From positions 1 through 37,095 of the forward strand of contig ONMG01000239.1 of assembly GCA_900318855.1 (NCBI GenBank): a stretch of 37,095 bases of DNA. Direction: 5' to 3'. Numbering within the stretch: the first letter of the stretch is position 1; each line of letters begins with the position of its first letter. Both the position numbers and the translations under genes were made by a program. Shown here piece by piece: positions 17,030 through 25,992 of this stretch. This stretch comes from an uncultured Prevotella sp. (GTDB taxonomy: Bacteria; Bacteroidota; Bacteroidia; Bacteroidales; Bacteroidaceae). The notes under the pieces are model-generated. The model was not told the DNA's origin, searched no databases, and worked only from the letters and a program-made list of their open reading frames with translations.

Positions 17030-18301
17030 ATGGGCTTGAAAGTTCGATTGGTAATCATGAATTTCCTCGAGTATGCCGTGTGGGGAGCCTACCTCACATC
17101 TATGGGGCGTTATTTGGGCAACATCGGTCTTGGGTCTGAGATTGGATGGTTCTATTCCGTCCAAGGCATCGTGTCCATATTCATGCCGGCCCTTATGGGA
17201 GTGATTGCCGACCGTTGGGTGCCTTCGCAGCGTGTGCTGGGGCTCTGCCATCTGCTGGCAGGCTTGTTCATGTGCGCCACAGCCTTCTATGGTCAGACTG
17301 CTGGTGGTGCGTCGCAGTTCGGAATCATCTTCAGTCTCTACACGCTGAGTGTGGCCTTCTTTATGCCTACCATAGCCTTAAGCAACTCTGTGGCTTACTC
17401 CTGTCTGTCGGATGCCGGACTTGACACGGTGAAAGCTTTTCCGCCGATTCGCGTCTTCGGCACAATCGGCTTCATCTGCTCCATGTGGTTCGTCGACCTG
17501 ATGAACTTCCAGGTGAACCAGAATCAGTTCTATACGTCGGGTCTTCTGAGCGTCGTGCTTTTCCTGTACACCTTTACGCTTCCCAACTGTCCTACGAGTG
17601 AGAAGGGAGAGCGCAAGAGTCTCTCCGAAGCATTTGGACTCAAGGCCTTTGCTCTTTTCAAGCAGAAGCGCATGGCTATTTTCTTCATCTTTTCGATGCT
17701 TCTTGGCGTGAGTCTCCAAATAACCAATGGCTTTGCCAATCCTTTTATCTTTAGTTTCGGTGCTGACCCACAGTACGCCACCACCTTCGGTGTGCAGCAT
17801 GCCAACATTCTTATTTCGCTATCTCAGGTGAGTGAGACGTGCTGCATCCTGCTCATCCCCTTTGTGATGAAGCGTTATGGCATCAAGAATGTGATGCTCA
17901 TAGCCATGTTTGCCTGGGTGTTGCGCTTCGGCCTCTTCGGTCTGGGTAATCCGGGTAGTGGTGTGTGGATGTTTGTGCTCTCGATGATTGTCTATGGAGT
18001 GGCTTTCGACTTCTTTAATATCTCGGGTTCACTGTTCGTCGACCAGTCGACCTCGCCTGACATTCGTTCGAGTGCTCAGGGCCTTTTCATGCTGATGACG
18101 AATGGCATTGGTGCTACTGTCGGCACGCTTGGCGCCCAGGTCGTCATCAATCACTTCACTGTGGGCAAGACCATTGGCGCCCAGACCTACACCGTGGGCA
18201 ACTGGCCACTTTGCTGGTTTCTTTTCGCTGCTTATGCGCTGGTAGTGGCTGTGGCTTTTGCACTTGTATTCCAAACGAAGAAGAATGAGGCTGAGGCATG
18301 A
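17030..18301 (+). CDS. MFS nucleoside:H+ symporter (NupG/XapB family)
   Basis: MNFLEYAVWGAY, GVIADRW, FPPIRVFGTIGF, SQVSE, FDFFNISGSLFV, SAQGLF; about 12 TM helices. Confidence 0.9.
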   Translation: MGLKVRLVIMNFLEYAVWGAYLTSMGRYLGNIGLGSEIGWFYSVQGIVSIFMPALMGVIADRWVPSQRVLGLCHLLAGLFMCATAFYGQTAGGASQFGIIFSLYTLSVAFFMPTIALSNSVAYSCLSDAGLDTVKAFPPIRVFGTIGFICSMWFVDLMNFQVNQNQFYTSGLLSVVLFLYTFTLPNCPTSEKGERKSLSEAFGLKAFALFKQKRMAIFFIFSMLLGVSLQITNGFANPFIFSFGADPQYATTFGVQHANILISLSQVSETCCILLIPFVMKRYGIKNVMLIAMFAWVLRFGLFGLGNPGSGVWMFVLSMIVYGVAFDFFNISGSLFVDQSTSPDIRSSAQGLFMLMTNGIGATVGTLGAQVVINHFTVGKTIGAQTYTVGNWPLCWFLFAAYALVVAVAFALVFQTKKNEAEA

Positions 18302-18870
18302 CTAAGACGAGGCTCTTTTTTAAGAATGTGTCGGAGATAATGGGTACTGACGACATCGGACTGCTCATTATGGTGGACGAGCAGGAGACGCGCCAGCTCG
18401 CAGTCACCTGTGACAAGCATATGCTCCATCAGTTTGGCCTGCGCATAGGTAATGTGCCCATTGTGGAGAGTCTGCTGCCTGAGGTGCTGTGGACGATCAT
18501 TCGCAATCTGAATGCCGATCGCTATGAGGTGATTATTGTAGATGTTGCCGATGGACAGTATCGTACCATGCTCTACAATATCGATACCCGTGAGCCGGTC
18601 AGCCTCCGTGCCAGTGATGCTATTCTGCTTTCACTTATTGCCCATCTGCCTGTGTATATTGACACGAAGCTTTTTCTGCGTCAGAGTGTACCCTTCAAAC
18701 CCGAATCACCAGGGCTGGCCCTGCCGGTGAACACCATCACAGACCGTATGCTCAAGGCCGCGCTTGACAAGGCTGTTGCGGACGAGAACTACGAACTGGC
18801 TTCCAACTTGCGCGACGAAATGCTGAAGCGTAAGAAGGAGCGTAAGCCAGGAAAAAAGGAGGAGCAATGA
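18298..18870 (+). CDS. Bifunctional nuclease (DUF151) domain protein with C-terminal UVR motif
   Basis: RASDAILLS (cf. RPSDA), C-terminal AVADENYELASNLRDE; 4-nt ATGA overlaps with both neighbours. Confidence 0.82.
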   Translation: MTKTRLFFKNVSEIMGTDDIGLLIMVDEQETRQLAVTCDKHMLHQFGLRIGNVPIVESLLPEVLWTIIRNLNADRYEVIIVDVADGQYRTMLYNIDTREPVSLRASDAILLSLIAHLPVYIDTKLFLRQSVPFKPESPGLALPVNTITDRMLKAALDKAVADENYELASNLRDEMLKRKKERKPGKKEEQ

Positions 18871-19592
18871 AGGAGGAGCGTTTTTTCTATGTGCCCGATG
18901 CCGGCTCTGCTGATGAACTGCCTGCTTCGGAGGCTGTCCATGCCTTGCGCGTGCTTCGCCTCCACGAGGGTGATGAGATGTTTCTCATGGATGGGAAAGG
19001 AGCCTTCTATAGGGCTGAGGTGACGTTGGCCACCTCGAAGTGCTGTCGTTATGCCATCAGCGAGGTACTTCCACAGCAGCCGCTTTGGAGGGGGAAAATC
19101 CATTTGGCCGTGGCACCCACCAAGATGATGGAGCGTATGGAATGGATGGTGGAAAAGGCTGTTGAGATAGGAGCCGATGAATTCTCCTTCCTCAATTGTG
19201 CCTTCTCCGAGCGCCATGAGTTACGCATCGACCGCATAGAGAAAATCGTCGTAGCTGCTATGAAACAGAGCAGGAAACCCTGGAAGCCTGTTGTTAACCC
19301 GATGATGAGGTTCGGTGCTTTCCTGGATGCCGACAGGCCAGGCCGTAAATGCATTGCCCATTGTTACGACGAACTGGAGCGTGAGGACTTCTTTAACAAG
19401 ATAATGCAGCCTTCGACCGATTCTCCCGATATCACAATCCTCATTGGTCCTGAGGGTGATTTCTCAGTGGATGAGGTGCGCGAGGCTATGTTCAAGGGAT
19501 ATGAGCCAGTGAGCTTGGGCAACAGTCGCCTGCGCACTGAGACGGCGGGGGTGGTTGCAGTGACCGAGGCACGTATAGCTCGTAGATCATAA
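18867..19592 (+). CDS. rsmE: 16S rRNA m3U1498 methyltransferase
   Basis: HALRVLRL, EKAVEIG, AMKQS, LIGPEGDFS, SLGNSRLRTETAG. Confidence 0.95.
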   Translation: MKEERFFYVPDAGSADELPASEAVHALRVLRLHEGDEMFLMDGKGAFYRAEVTLATSKCCRYAISEVLPQQPLWRGKIHLAVAPTKMMERMEWMVEKAVEIGADEFSFLNCAFSERHELRIDRIEKIVVAAMKQSRKPWKPVVNPMMRFGAFLDADRPGRKCIAHCYDELEREDFFNKIMQPSTDSPDITILIGPEGDFSVDEVREAMFKGYEPVSLGNSRLRTETAGVVAVTEARIARRS

Positions 19593-19609
19593 TTAGGATA
19601 CATATTAAT

Positions 19610-20986
19610 ATGTTAGGTAAGGATATAAACATAAAGGGCAGAGGGCCTCTGCCGGTGACAAAGACTGGATGGTACTTCGTGCTGCTCTGCTGCATAATGC
19701 TGCTCGCCTCGTGTAGCGATACCGATTATATGAATGTCATACCCAAGGAGAGCAGTGCAGTCATTTCCATTGATATGCAGCGTGCCGGACAATCTTCGGG
19801 CACGGCGCTGCTCCAGAAGCTTTTGCATGTAAACAATCTGGGTAACAGTGGCTTGGATTTTAAGTCGAAAGCCTTTGTCTTTGCTGCTCCCGACGGGTCC
19901 TTGGGCTATTGCATGAAACTCCGAGATAAGGGCGATTGGGAAGAATTCCTTACCAAAGTGACCGCCCGAGGCGGAGCACGCAGGCTTACTGACCGACGGG
20001 GATGCCAGTTTGCAGCTGTTGGCAATTCGGTGTCGGGCTGGAACGACGGGGCTCTATTGGTCATGGGACCTGTGACGCCGGCTGCACAATCGGAACTGCA
20101 AGTGCAGATGGCTCGATATCTGACTGCGGATGCCAATGAAGGGTTCACTGCTTCGAAGATGTATGAGCGACTTGATTCCATTGATACTCCTATGGCAATG
20201 GTGGCTAAGGTGAGTGCTCTTCCCCAAAAGTTTTCGCCCGCGTTCATGTTAGGAGCGCCGAAGGATGCCGATGTATCACAGGTGTTGCTGTCGGCAGGCA
20301 TTGAAAACAATGAGGGCTTATTGCTCTTCCATTGTTCTACCTTCTCGTTCAACTCCCGAATAGATGGCGCACTGAAAAAGGCTGAAAAGGTGTTTAGGCC
20401 TATTCAAGGCAAGTATGTAGCCCAACTCAATGAGGGGAATCTCTTCAGTATGTTCATGAATGTCGACGGTACAGAGTTCCTGAGTTTGCTCCAGGCTGAC
20501 AAAGGCTTGCAGGCTCTCCTGGCTGGCATTAATGCTGCTATCGACATGGATAACATCATTCGCAGTGTCAATGGCGACATGACCATCATCGTACCCTCGT
20601 ATTCAGATAAAGAACTCCAAATCTCCATGCTTGCACAGTTGGCGCATACGAGATGGACTGCTGATATTGGCTATTGGAAGCAGAGCGTGCCTAAGGGTAG
20701 TACGCTGTCGGATTGCGGGACGCATATGTGGTGCTATCAGAACGGAACCTCTAAGTTTTTCTTTGGCTATACCCCCGACCTTCAGTTCTATAGCGGAACT
20801 GACATGGCCTCGGCCCGGATAAATAAGGGGAAGAATAACCCGATGATGAGGCGCCTTATTACAGGATGTCATAGAGCCATGATTATTGATTTCAGCAGCT
20901 CGACCTCTCAAAAGGCTTTGAGTGCTGTGGCTGCCTTCACAGCGCCCGTCTTCGGTAAGGTGAAGAAGGTGGTGTTTCTGTTCTGA
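19610..20986 (+). CDS. Uncharacterised lipoprotein (DUF4836-like)
   Basis: Hydrophobic stretch plus lipobox LASC, then YMNVIP; position between rsmE and the ABC ATPase. Family name is recalled, not searched. Confidence 0.65.
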   Translation: MLGKDINIKGRGPLPVTKTGWYFVLLCCIMLLASCSDTDYMNVIPKESSAVISIDMQRAGQSSGTALLQKLLHVNNLGNSGLDFKSKAFVFAAPDGSLGYCMKLRDKGDWEEFLTKVTARGGARRLTDRRGCQFAAVGNSVSGWNDGALLVMGPVTPAAQSELQVQMARYLTADANEGFTASKMYERLDSIDTPMAMVAKVSALPQKFSPAFMLGAPKDADVSQVLLSAGIENNEGLLLFHCSTFSFNSRIDGALKKAEKVFRPIQGKYVAQLNEGNLFSMFMNVDGTEFLSLLQADKGLQALLAGINAAIDMDNIIRSVNGDMTIIVPSYSDKELQISMLAQLAHTRWTADIGYWKQSVPKGSTLSDCGTHMWCYQNGTSKFFFGYTPDLQFYSGTDMASARINKGKNNPMMRRLITGCHRAMIIDFSSSTSQKALSAVAAFTAPVFGKVKKVVFLF

Positions 20987-21043
20987 CAGGTGAAAACCTC
21001 TGCAGGTTGGATAACAGCGGAGGCGTGTCAATACTAATTATAT

Positions 21044-21691
21044 ATGGATTCAATTAAACTTAGTTCCGTGGTGCCGCAGGTTTTCGCTCAGCGCATCAAC
21101 TCCATGAAGAGCGACATCTGGAACGCTGAGGCTCTGTTTGAGAAGGGCCATCTCTATCTTGTTGAAGCCGACAGTGGCAAAGGTAAGAGTACTTTTTGTA
21201 GCTATGTATTGGGCTATCGCAATGATTTCTCTGGTAGCATGCTCTTTGATGGACTTTCGGTCAAACAACTTCGTGTGTCCGGCTGGGTGGAATTGAGGCG
21301 TCGGCATATCAGTCATCTTTTTCAAGAACTGCGGCTGTTCCCAGAGCTCACTGCCTTGGAGAACGTGCTGATAAAGAACCATCTGACAGCTTGGAAGTCT
21401 GTCGAAGAAATAAAGGGGTGGTTCGAACGTTTGGGTATCGCTGATAAGTTGGATTCCAAGGTTGGTCTGATGTCTTTCGGACAACAGCAGCGCGTGGCTA
21501 TGCTGCGAGCTCTCGTACAGCCTTTCGATTTTCTTCTTGCCGACGAGCCCATCAGCCATTTGGATGACAACAACTCGCGTATTATGGGCGAAATTATGAT
21601 GGAGGAGGCCCGTAAGCAAGGAGCCGGCGTCATCGTCACGAGTATAGGCAAGCATATGGACTTGCCTTATGAGAAAGTTTTTAGGTTATAA
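21044..21691 (+). CDS. ABC transporter ATP-binding protein
   Basis: Walker A ADSGKGKST, Q-loop LFQE, signature MSFGQQQR, Walker B LLADEP. Confidence 0.92.
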   Translation: MDSIKLSSVVPQVFAQRINSMKSDIWNAEALFEKGHLYLVEADSGKGKSTFCSYVLGYRNDFSGSMLFDGLSVKQLRVSGWVELRRRHISHLFQELRLFPELTALENVLIKNHLTAWKSVEEIKGWFERLGIADKLDSKVGLMSFGQQQRVAMLRALVQPFDFLLADEPISHLDDNNSRIMGEIMMEEARKQGAGVIVTSIGKHMDLPYEKVFRL

Positions 21692-21767
21692 TCGAAATTA
21701 TTAAGGTTGCTGCTTCCTGTGGTGTTGACCATTGGCGGCGGCAGATTCTTTACAAGGTACGAAACAG

Positions 21768-22976
21768 ATGTCATTGGTTTGGAAATTACTTCGCCGGCAC
21801 ATCAGCTGGCCTCAGTTCATAGGCTTCTTCTTTGCCAATCTTTTCGGTATGACTATCGTGCTGTTAGGCATTCAGTTCTATAGAGACATACTTCCGGTAT
21901 TTACGGCTAAGGATAGTTTCTTGAGTGCTGACTACCTGATTATCAGCAAGAAGGTTGGAAGTGCAAGCACACTCTCTGGAGGCTCTAACAGCTTTTCTCC
22001 TGGCGAAATCGATGAGCTGGCCTCACAGAAGTTTGTCACGGAGGCGGCTAAGTTTACTTCGGCAAGCTATAAGGTGGATGCGCAGATGGGTATCAATGGA
22101 GTCAGCATTCTCAATTCGGAACTCTACTTCGAGAGTGTGCCTGATGATTTCATTGACGTAAAAACAGAAGGCTGGAAGTTCACGCCGGGAGCTCATGAAG
22201 TGCCGGTCATACTTCCGCGTTCCTATATTACTATGTATAATTTCGGCTTTGCGCAGAGCCATTCATTGCCCAAGATTTCAGAGGGTCTCGCAGGAATGAT
22301 AGACCTCAAGATGTTTGTCCAGGGCAATGGTCATAAGGATGAATACAAGGGAAAAGTCATCGGTTTTTCTTCACGCTTGAACACCATCCTTGTGCCGCAG
22401 GCCTTCATGGACTGGAGCAACAAAAACTACTCCAACGATGCCCCCGCCGACCCTACACGGCTTATCTTGAAGGTCGACAATCCGGCGGGAAGTCAAATAT
22501 CGTCCTATCTTGAGGAGCATGGATATGAGGCCGAAGACAATAACTTGAGTGCAGAGAAGACCACCTCGTTTCTTCGCATGACGGTTTCGTTGGTGTTGGT
22601 TGTCGGTCTTGTCATTGCAGCCTTGAGTTTCTTCATCCTCATGCTTAGTATCTATCTCCTGGTGCAGAAGAACTCCACTAAACTTGAGAATCTGCTCTTA
22701 ATCGGATATAGTCCGGGCCAAGTGGCGCGTCCCTATCAATTGCTGACGGTCTTTCTCAATGTGGCCGTATTGGTCATTGCTCTTGTGCTGCTCTTCTTAG
22801 TGCGCAACTATTATATGGGGGTAGTCGAAACGCTCTTCCCAACAGTTCCAGAGGGCTCATTGCTACCGGCTGTTGTAACGGGTGTCAGTCTGCTCCTGTT
22901 GGTTTCGCTTGCCAATATGATGGCTGTGCGCCGTAAGGTGAATGGTATATGGAGACACAAGGATGTCAATGGCTGA
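21768..22976 (+). CDS. FtsX/MacB-like ABC permease
   Basis: ATG 21768 (MSLVWKLLRRH); one N-terminal TM, large periplasmic domain, three C-terminal TMs, LLLIGY coupling segment. Confidence 0.82.
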   Translation: MSLVWKLLRRHISWPQFIGFFFANLFGMTIVLLGIQFYRDILPVFTAKDSFLSADYLIISKKVGSASTLSGGSNSFSPGEIDELASQKFVTEAAKFTSASYKVDAQMGINGVSILNSELYFESVPDDFIDVKTEGWKFTPGAHEVPVILPRSYITMYNFGFAQSHSLPKISEGLAGMIDLKMFVQGNGHKDEYKGKVIGFSSRLNTILVPQAFMDWSNKNYSNDAPADPTRLILKVDNPAGSQISSYLEEHGYEAEDNNLSAEKTTSFLRMTVSLVLVVGLVIAALSFFILMLSIYLLVQKNSTKLENLLLIGYSPGQVARPYQLLTVFLNVAVLVIALVLLFLVRNYYMGVVETLFPTVPEGSLLPAVVTGVSLLLLVSLANMMAVRRKVNGIWRHKDVNG

Positions 22977-23133
22977 TGAAAGGGTAGTGCCGATGGCTGT
23001 GAAGCATGCTCTGCGGATGGAGTGTTGAGTTGCAGCACTTGCGTGCGGACAATGCATGAAGTCCGGCGATGCTGAGCTTGCAGTTATCAGTTACTGAACA
23101 TCAGTTGCTTAATGATGAACGACACAAAACAAG

Positions 23134-23205
23134 AATCCTGTGCTGTCATCCTTTGGGCCTCCTATTTAGGAAGGCCTGCTCTAATAAGGATGACTGCACA
23201 GGATT
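23134..23205. terminator. Long hairpin between convergent ABC permease and lipid kinase
   Basis: AATCCTGTGCTGTCATCCTT / AAGGATGACTGCACAGGATT (19 of 20 bp paired) with inner GGCC and CCTA/TAGG stems. Confidence 0.65.
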
Positions 23206-23227
23206 TCTGCTACGATAGCTTCCCGTT

Positions 23228-24256
23228 TCAAAGATTGAGTTTGCGCTGGAGCACCTTGTTGAGCGCTTGAATCTGTCGGCTCCTTGAGCGTAGGACCGCT
23301 CTGACGTCGTTGAATCCAGCGAAGAGGTCGGCAGCGACATTCTGAAACACATTGGGCTTGCGCTGTCGTTTGTCGGCCCATGGATTGACTACCACCTTGA
23401 TGCCTTTGGGCACAATTTCAACATCAACATCCGCCTTCTCCATCACGGGGTCGCCGTCGAAATGGATCTCTCCGGGGGCCTGTCGGTGGATATGCAACTT
23501 CCGACATTTGAAGGTCTTAATCTTTGAATCTTTGTCTAACGTCTTATTGAAGAGCTCAATGGCAATCTGCGAGGCCTCAATCAGATCGAATGGCTCCATG
23601 ACCACTACGTCCATGAGACCGTCGCTCATGGAGGCTTGAGGAGCGATATAAGCATTGTTGCCATACTGCGATGCATTGGCACACGACACGACGAACGCCT
23701 TAAACCGCTTCGTGCCCGTATCGTCGATGAGCTCATAGGTTTGGGGCTTATATCTTAGCCACTCTTTCAGTACACTCTCTGCGTAAGTGACAAGTCCCCG
23801 CTTGCCCGCCTCTGCAAATTTCATGCTGATGAGGGCGTCGAATCCCATGCCACAAGTGCAAAAGAAGGGATGACCGTTGATAAGGCCATAGTCAAGGTCG
23901 TGAATTTCGCATTGATTGAGCACTTGGATTGATTTCTTGATATTCATGGGTAGCATCAGGTGCCTGGCAAGACCGTTGCCCGAGCCGCAAGGCAGGATGC
24001 CCAAGGCGGTTTGGGTGCGGGCGATTCCACGTGCCACCTCATTGACTGTACCGTCGCCACCCACTGCAACAACGATGTCGAAGCCTTGACCGCTGGCTTC
24101 TTGAGCCATCTTGGCACCGTGCCCCGCATACTCTGTCATTCGTATCTCGTAATCGTATTTATCCTTGTCGAGTTGGTTTTCGATGAGCCCCGGAATGCCC
24201 GCCTTGCTGCTGGTGCCCGAAATCGGGTTCATGATGAATAGAATCTTCTTTTTCAT
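23228..24256 (-). CDS. Diacylglycerol/sphingosine kinase-family lipid kinase (YegS/Rv2252/BmrU)
   Basis: IMNPISG, VGGDGTVNE, PCGSGNGLAR, GMGFDA, YGNN, FDGD. ATG 24256 preferred because a -7 element TAAATTTG sits at 24285-24278. Confidence 0.9.
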   Translation of the reverse strand: MKKKILFIMNPISGTSSKAGIPGLIENQLDKDKYDYEIRMTEYAGHGAKMAQEASGQGFDIVVAVGGDGTVNEVARGIARTQTALGILPCGSGNGLARHLMLPMNIKKSIQVLNQCEIHDLDYGLINGHPFFCTCGMGFDALISMKFAEAGKRGLVTYAESVLKEWLRYKPQTYELIDDTGTKRFKAFVVSCANASQYGNNAYIAPQASMSDGLMDVVVMEPFDLIEASQIAIELFNKTLDKDSKIKTFKCRKLHIHRQAPGEIHFDGDPVMEKADVDVEIVPKGIKVVVNPWADKRQRKPNVFQNVAADLFAGFNDVRAVLRSRSRQIQALNKVLQRKLNL

Positions 24257-24441
24257 TGTTAACTGGTTTACGCCTTGCAAATTTACGTAATATCCTTTAT
24301 ATATAGGCATTGATAGCCCCTAAATTCAGAAGGCATGAACATTTTCAGATAAAGTTGATGTCCTTAGCATATTTTTTTGTAACTTTGCACACGTTTAAGA
24401 CAAAAAGAGGTAAATCAACTAATTGCACCTATTAGAATAAG

Positions 24442-25629
24442 ATGGGACAACTTCAAGAAAGGTATAAGAACTACCGCGAGCCGCAGAAGTATATGAAAGA
24501 GGGGGTTTACCCTTACTTCCGCGTGATCACGAGTAAGCAAGGTCCTGAGGTGACCATGGGTGGGCACAAGGTGCTCATGTTCGGTTCGAATGCATACACA
24601 GGCCTTACTGATGACGACCGTGTTATAGCAGCAGCCCATAAAGCATTAGACAAATATGGTTCTGGCTGTGCCGGCAGCAGATTCTTGAACGGGACGCTTG
24701 ACATACATGTCCAGTTAGAGCAAGAGCTGGCAGCATTCGAGCACAAGGACGATGCCCTATGTTTTTCTACGGGGTTCTCGGTCAATAGCGGAGTGCTTGC
24801 CGTAGTAGTGGGAAGAGGCGACTACATCATTTGTGATGACCGCGACCATGCAAGCATCGTTGACGGACGCCGTCTGAGTTTCGCTACCCAGCTGCATTAC
24901 AAGCACAACGACATGGAAGACCTTGAGCGCGTGCTGAAGAAGCTTCCCTATGATGCTGTGAAACTCATTGTCGTAGATGGAGTCTTCTCCATGGAAGGTG
25001 ACTTGGCCAAGCTGCCTGAAATCATTGAGCTCAAGCATAAGTACAACTGCTCTGTAATGGTCGATGAGGCCCACGGATTAGGAGTGTTTGGCAAGCAGGG
25101 ACGTGGCGTGTGCCATCATTTCGGCCTCGAGAATGAGGTAGACCTCATCATGGGAACCTTCTCGAAGAGTCTTGCCTCCATTGGAGGTTTTATTGCCTCC
25201 GACAAGGACACCATCAACTATCTACGCCACACTTGCCGTACTTACATCTTCAGTGCCAGTGATACTCCTGCTGCAACAGCTGCCGCTCTCGAGGCGCTTC
25301 ACATCATTCAGCAGGAGCCTGAGCGTATCGAGCATCTGTGGAAGGTGACAAACTATGCACTGAAGCGTTTCCGCGAGGAAGGCTTTGAGATTGGCGATAC
25401 TGAAAGTCCTATCATTCCGCTTTACGTGAGAGATGTCGACAAGACGTTCCTGGTGACCAAGCTGGCTTTCGATGCAGGAGTGTTCATTAACCCCGTTATT
25501 CCCCCTGCATGTGCTCCACAAGACACGCTTGTGCGCTTTGCGCTTATGGCTACGCACACTGAGGAACAAGTAGAACGAGGCGTGCAGGCCCTCAAGAAGA
25601 TCTTCGTAGACCAAGGTCTGATTAAATAG
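24442..25629 (+). CDS. spt: Serine palmitoyltransferase (PLP alpha-oxoamine synthase family)
   Basis: GVYPYFR, MFGSNAYTGL, GSGCAGSRFLNGT, DHASIVDG, DGVFSMEGD, DEAH, GTFSKS; closely resembles Bacteroides Spt as recalled. -7 element TAACTTTG at 24380-24387. Confidence 0.88.
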   Translation: MGQLQERYKNYREPQKYMKEGVYPYFRVITSKQGPEVTMGGHKVLMFGSNAYTGLTDDDRVIAAAHKALDKYGSGCAGSRFLNGTLDIHVQLEQELAAFEHKDDALCFSTGFSVNSGVLAVVVGRGDYIICDDRDHASIVDGRRLSFATQLHYKHNDMEDLERVLKKLPYDAVKLIVVDGVFSMEGDLAKLPEIIELKHKYNCSVMVDEAHGLGVFGKQGRGVCHHFGLENEVDLIMGTFSKSLASIGGFIASDKDTINYLRHTCRTYIFSASDTPAATAAALEALHIIQQEPERIEHLWKVTNYALKRFREEGFEIGDTESPIIPLYVRDVDKTFLVTKLAFDAGVFINPVIPPACAPQDTLVRFALMATHTEEQVERGVQALKKIFVDQGLIK

Positions 25630-25692
25630 CATTCTCTGCTGTAAGGCCTGCCTCGAGGTAGAATCAGCCAATGTGCGCCTTACAGTAGATTT

Positions 25693-25766
25693 CGGGGTGT
25701 AGCGCAGTCCGGTAGCGCTCCTGGTTTGGGACCAGGCGGTCGCAGGTTCGAATCCTGTCGCCCCGA
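25693..25766 (+). tRNA. tRNA-Pro (anticodon TGG)
   Basis: CGGGGTG/CGCCCCG acceptor stem, CCTGG-TTTGGGA-CCAGG anticodon arm, GGTTCGAATCC T-arm; CCA not encoded. Confidence 0.97.
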
Positions 25767-25853
25767 CAATAAAAACAAGGTAGCCATGCCTTGTGTGGAT
25801 TTGAGAGCAGCGAGCTCATTATCTTGTAATCATTTAAAGAATCTATCCTCCTT

Positions 25854-25927
25854 CGGGGTGTAGCGCAGTCCGGTAGCGCTCCTGGTTTGGGACCAGGCGG
25901 TCGCAGGTTCGAATCCTGTCGCCCCGA
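25854..25927 (+). tRNA. tRNA-Pro (anticodon TGG), identical second copy
   Basis: Sequence identical to 25693-25766. Confidence 0.97.
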
Positions 25928-25931
25928 CGAT

Positions 25932-25969
25932 AAAGCCCTTGCTCCAACGTGCGACGGAGCAAGGGCTTT
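25932..25969. terminator. Probable bidirectional terminator
   Basis: AAAGCCCTTGCTCC / GGAGCAAGGGCTTT perfect 14-bp inverted repeat between the tRNAs and the convergent CDS. Confidence 0.8.
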
Positions 25970-25992
25970 CGCTATGTGTTAATGTTGGAGGA

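Noticed and set aside
22990-23060. Possible third degenerate repeat (AGCA...TGCGGA twice)
   Set aside because: Too degenerate, without the CATATG core or the 22-bp period.
24442-25629. bioF or kbl annotation
   Set aside because: The N-terminal GVYPYFR and FGSNAYTGL sequence and the adjacent lipid kinase fit Bacteroidales Spt better; no bio or tdh genes are nearby.
25693-25927. Duplicated tRNA as attL/attR of an integrated element
   Set aside because: Both copies are full length and only 87 bp apart; no integrase is present.
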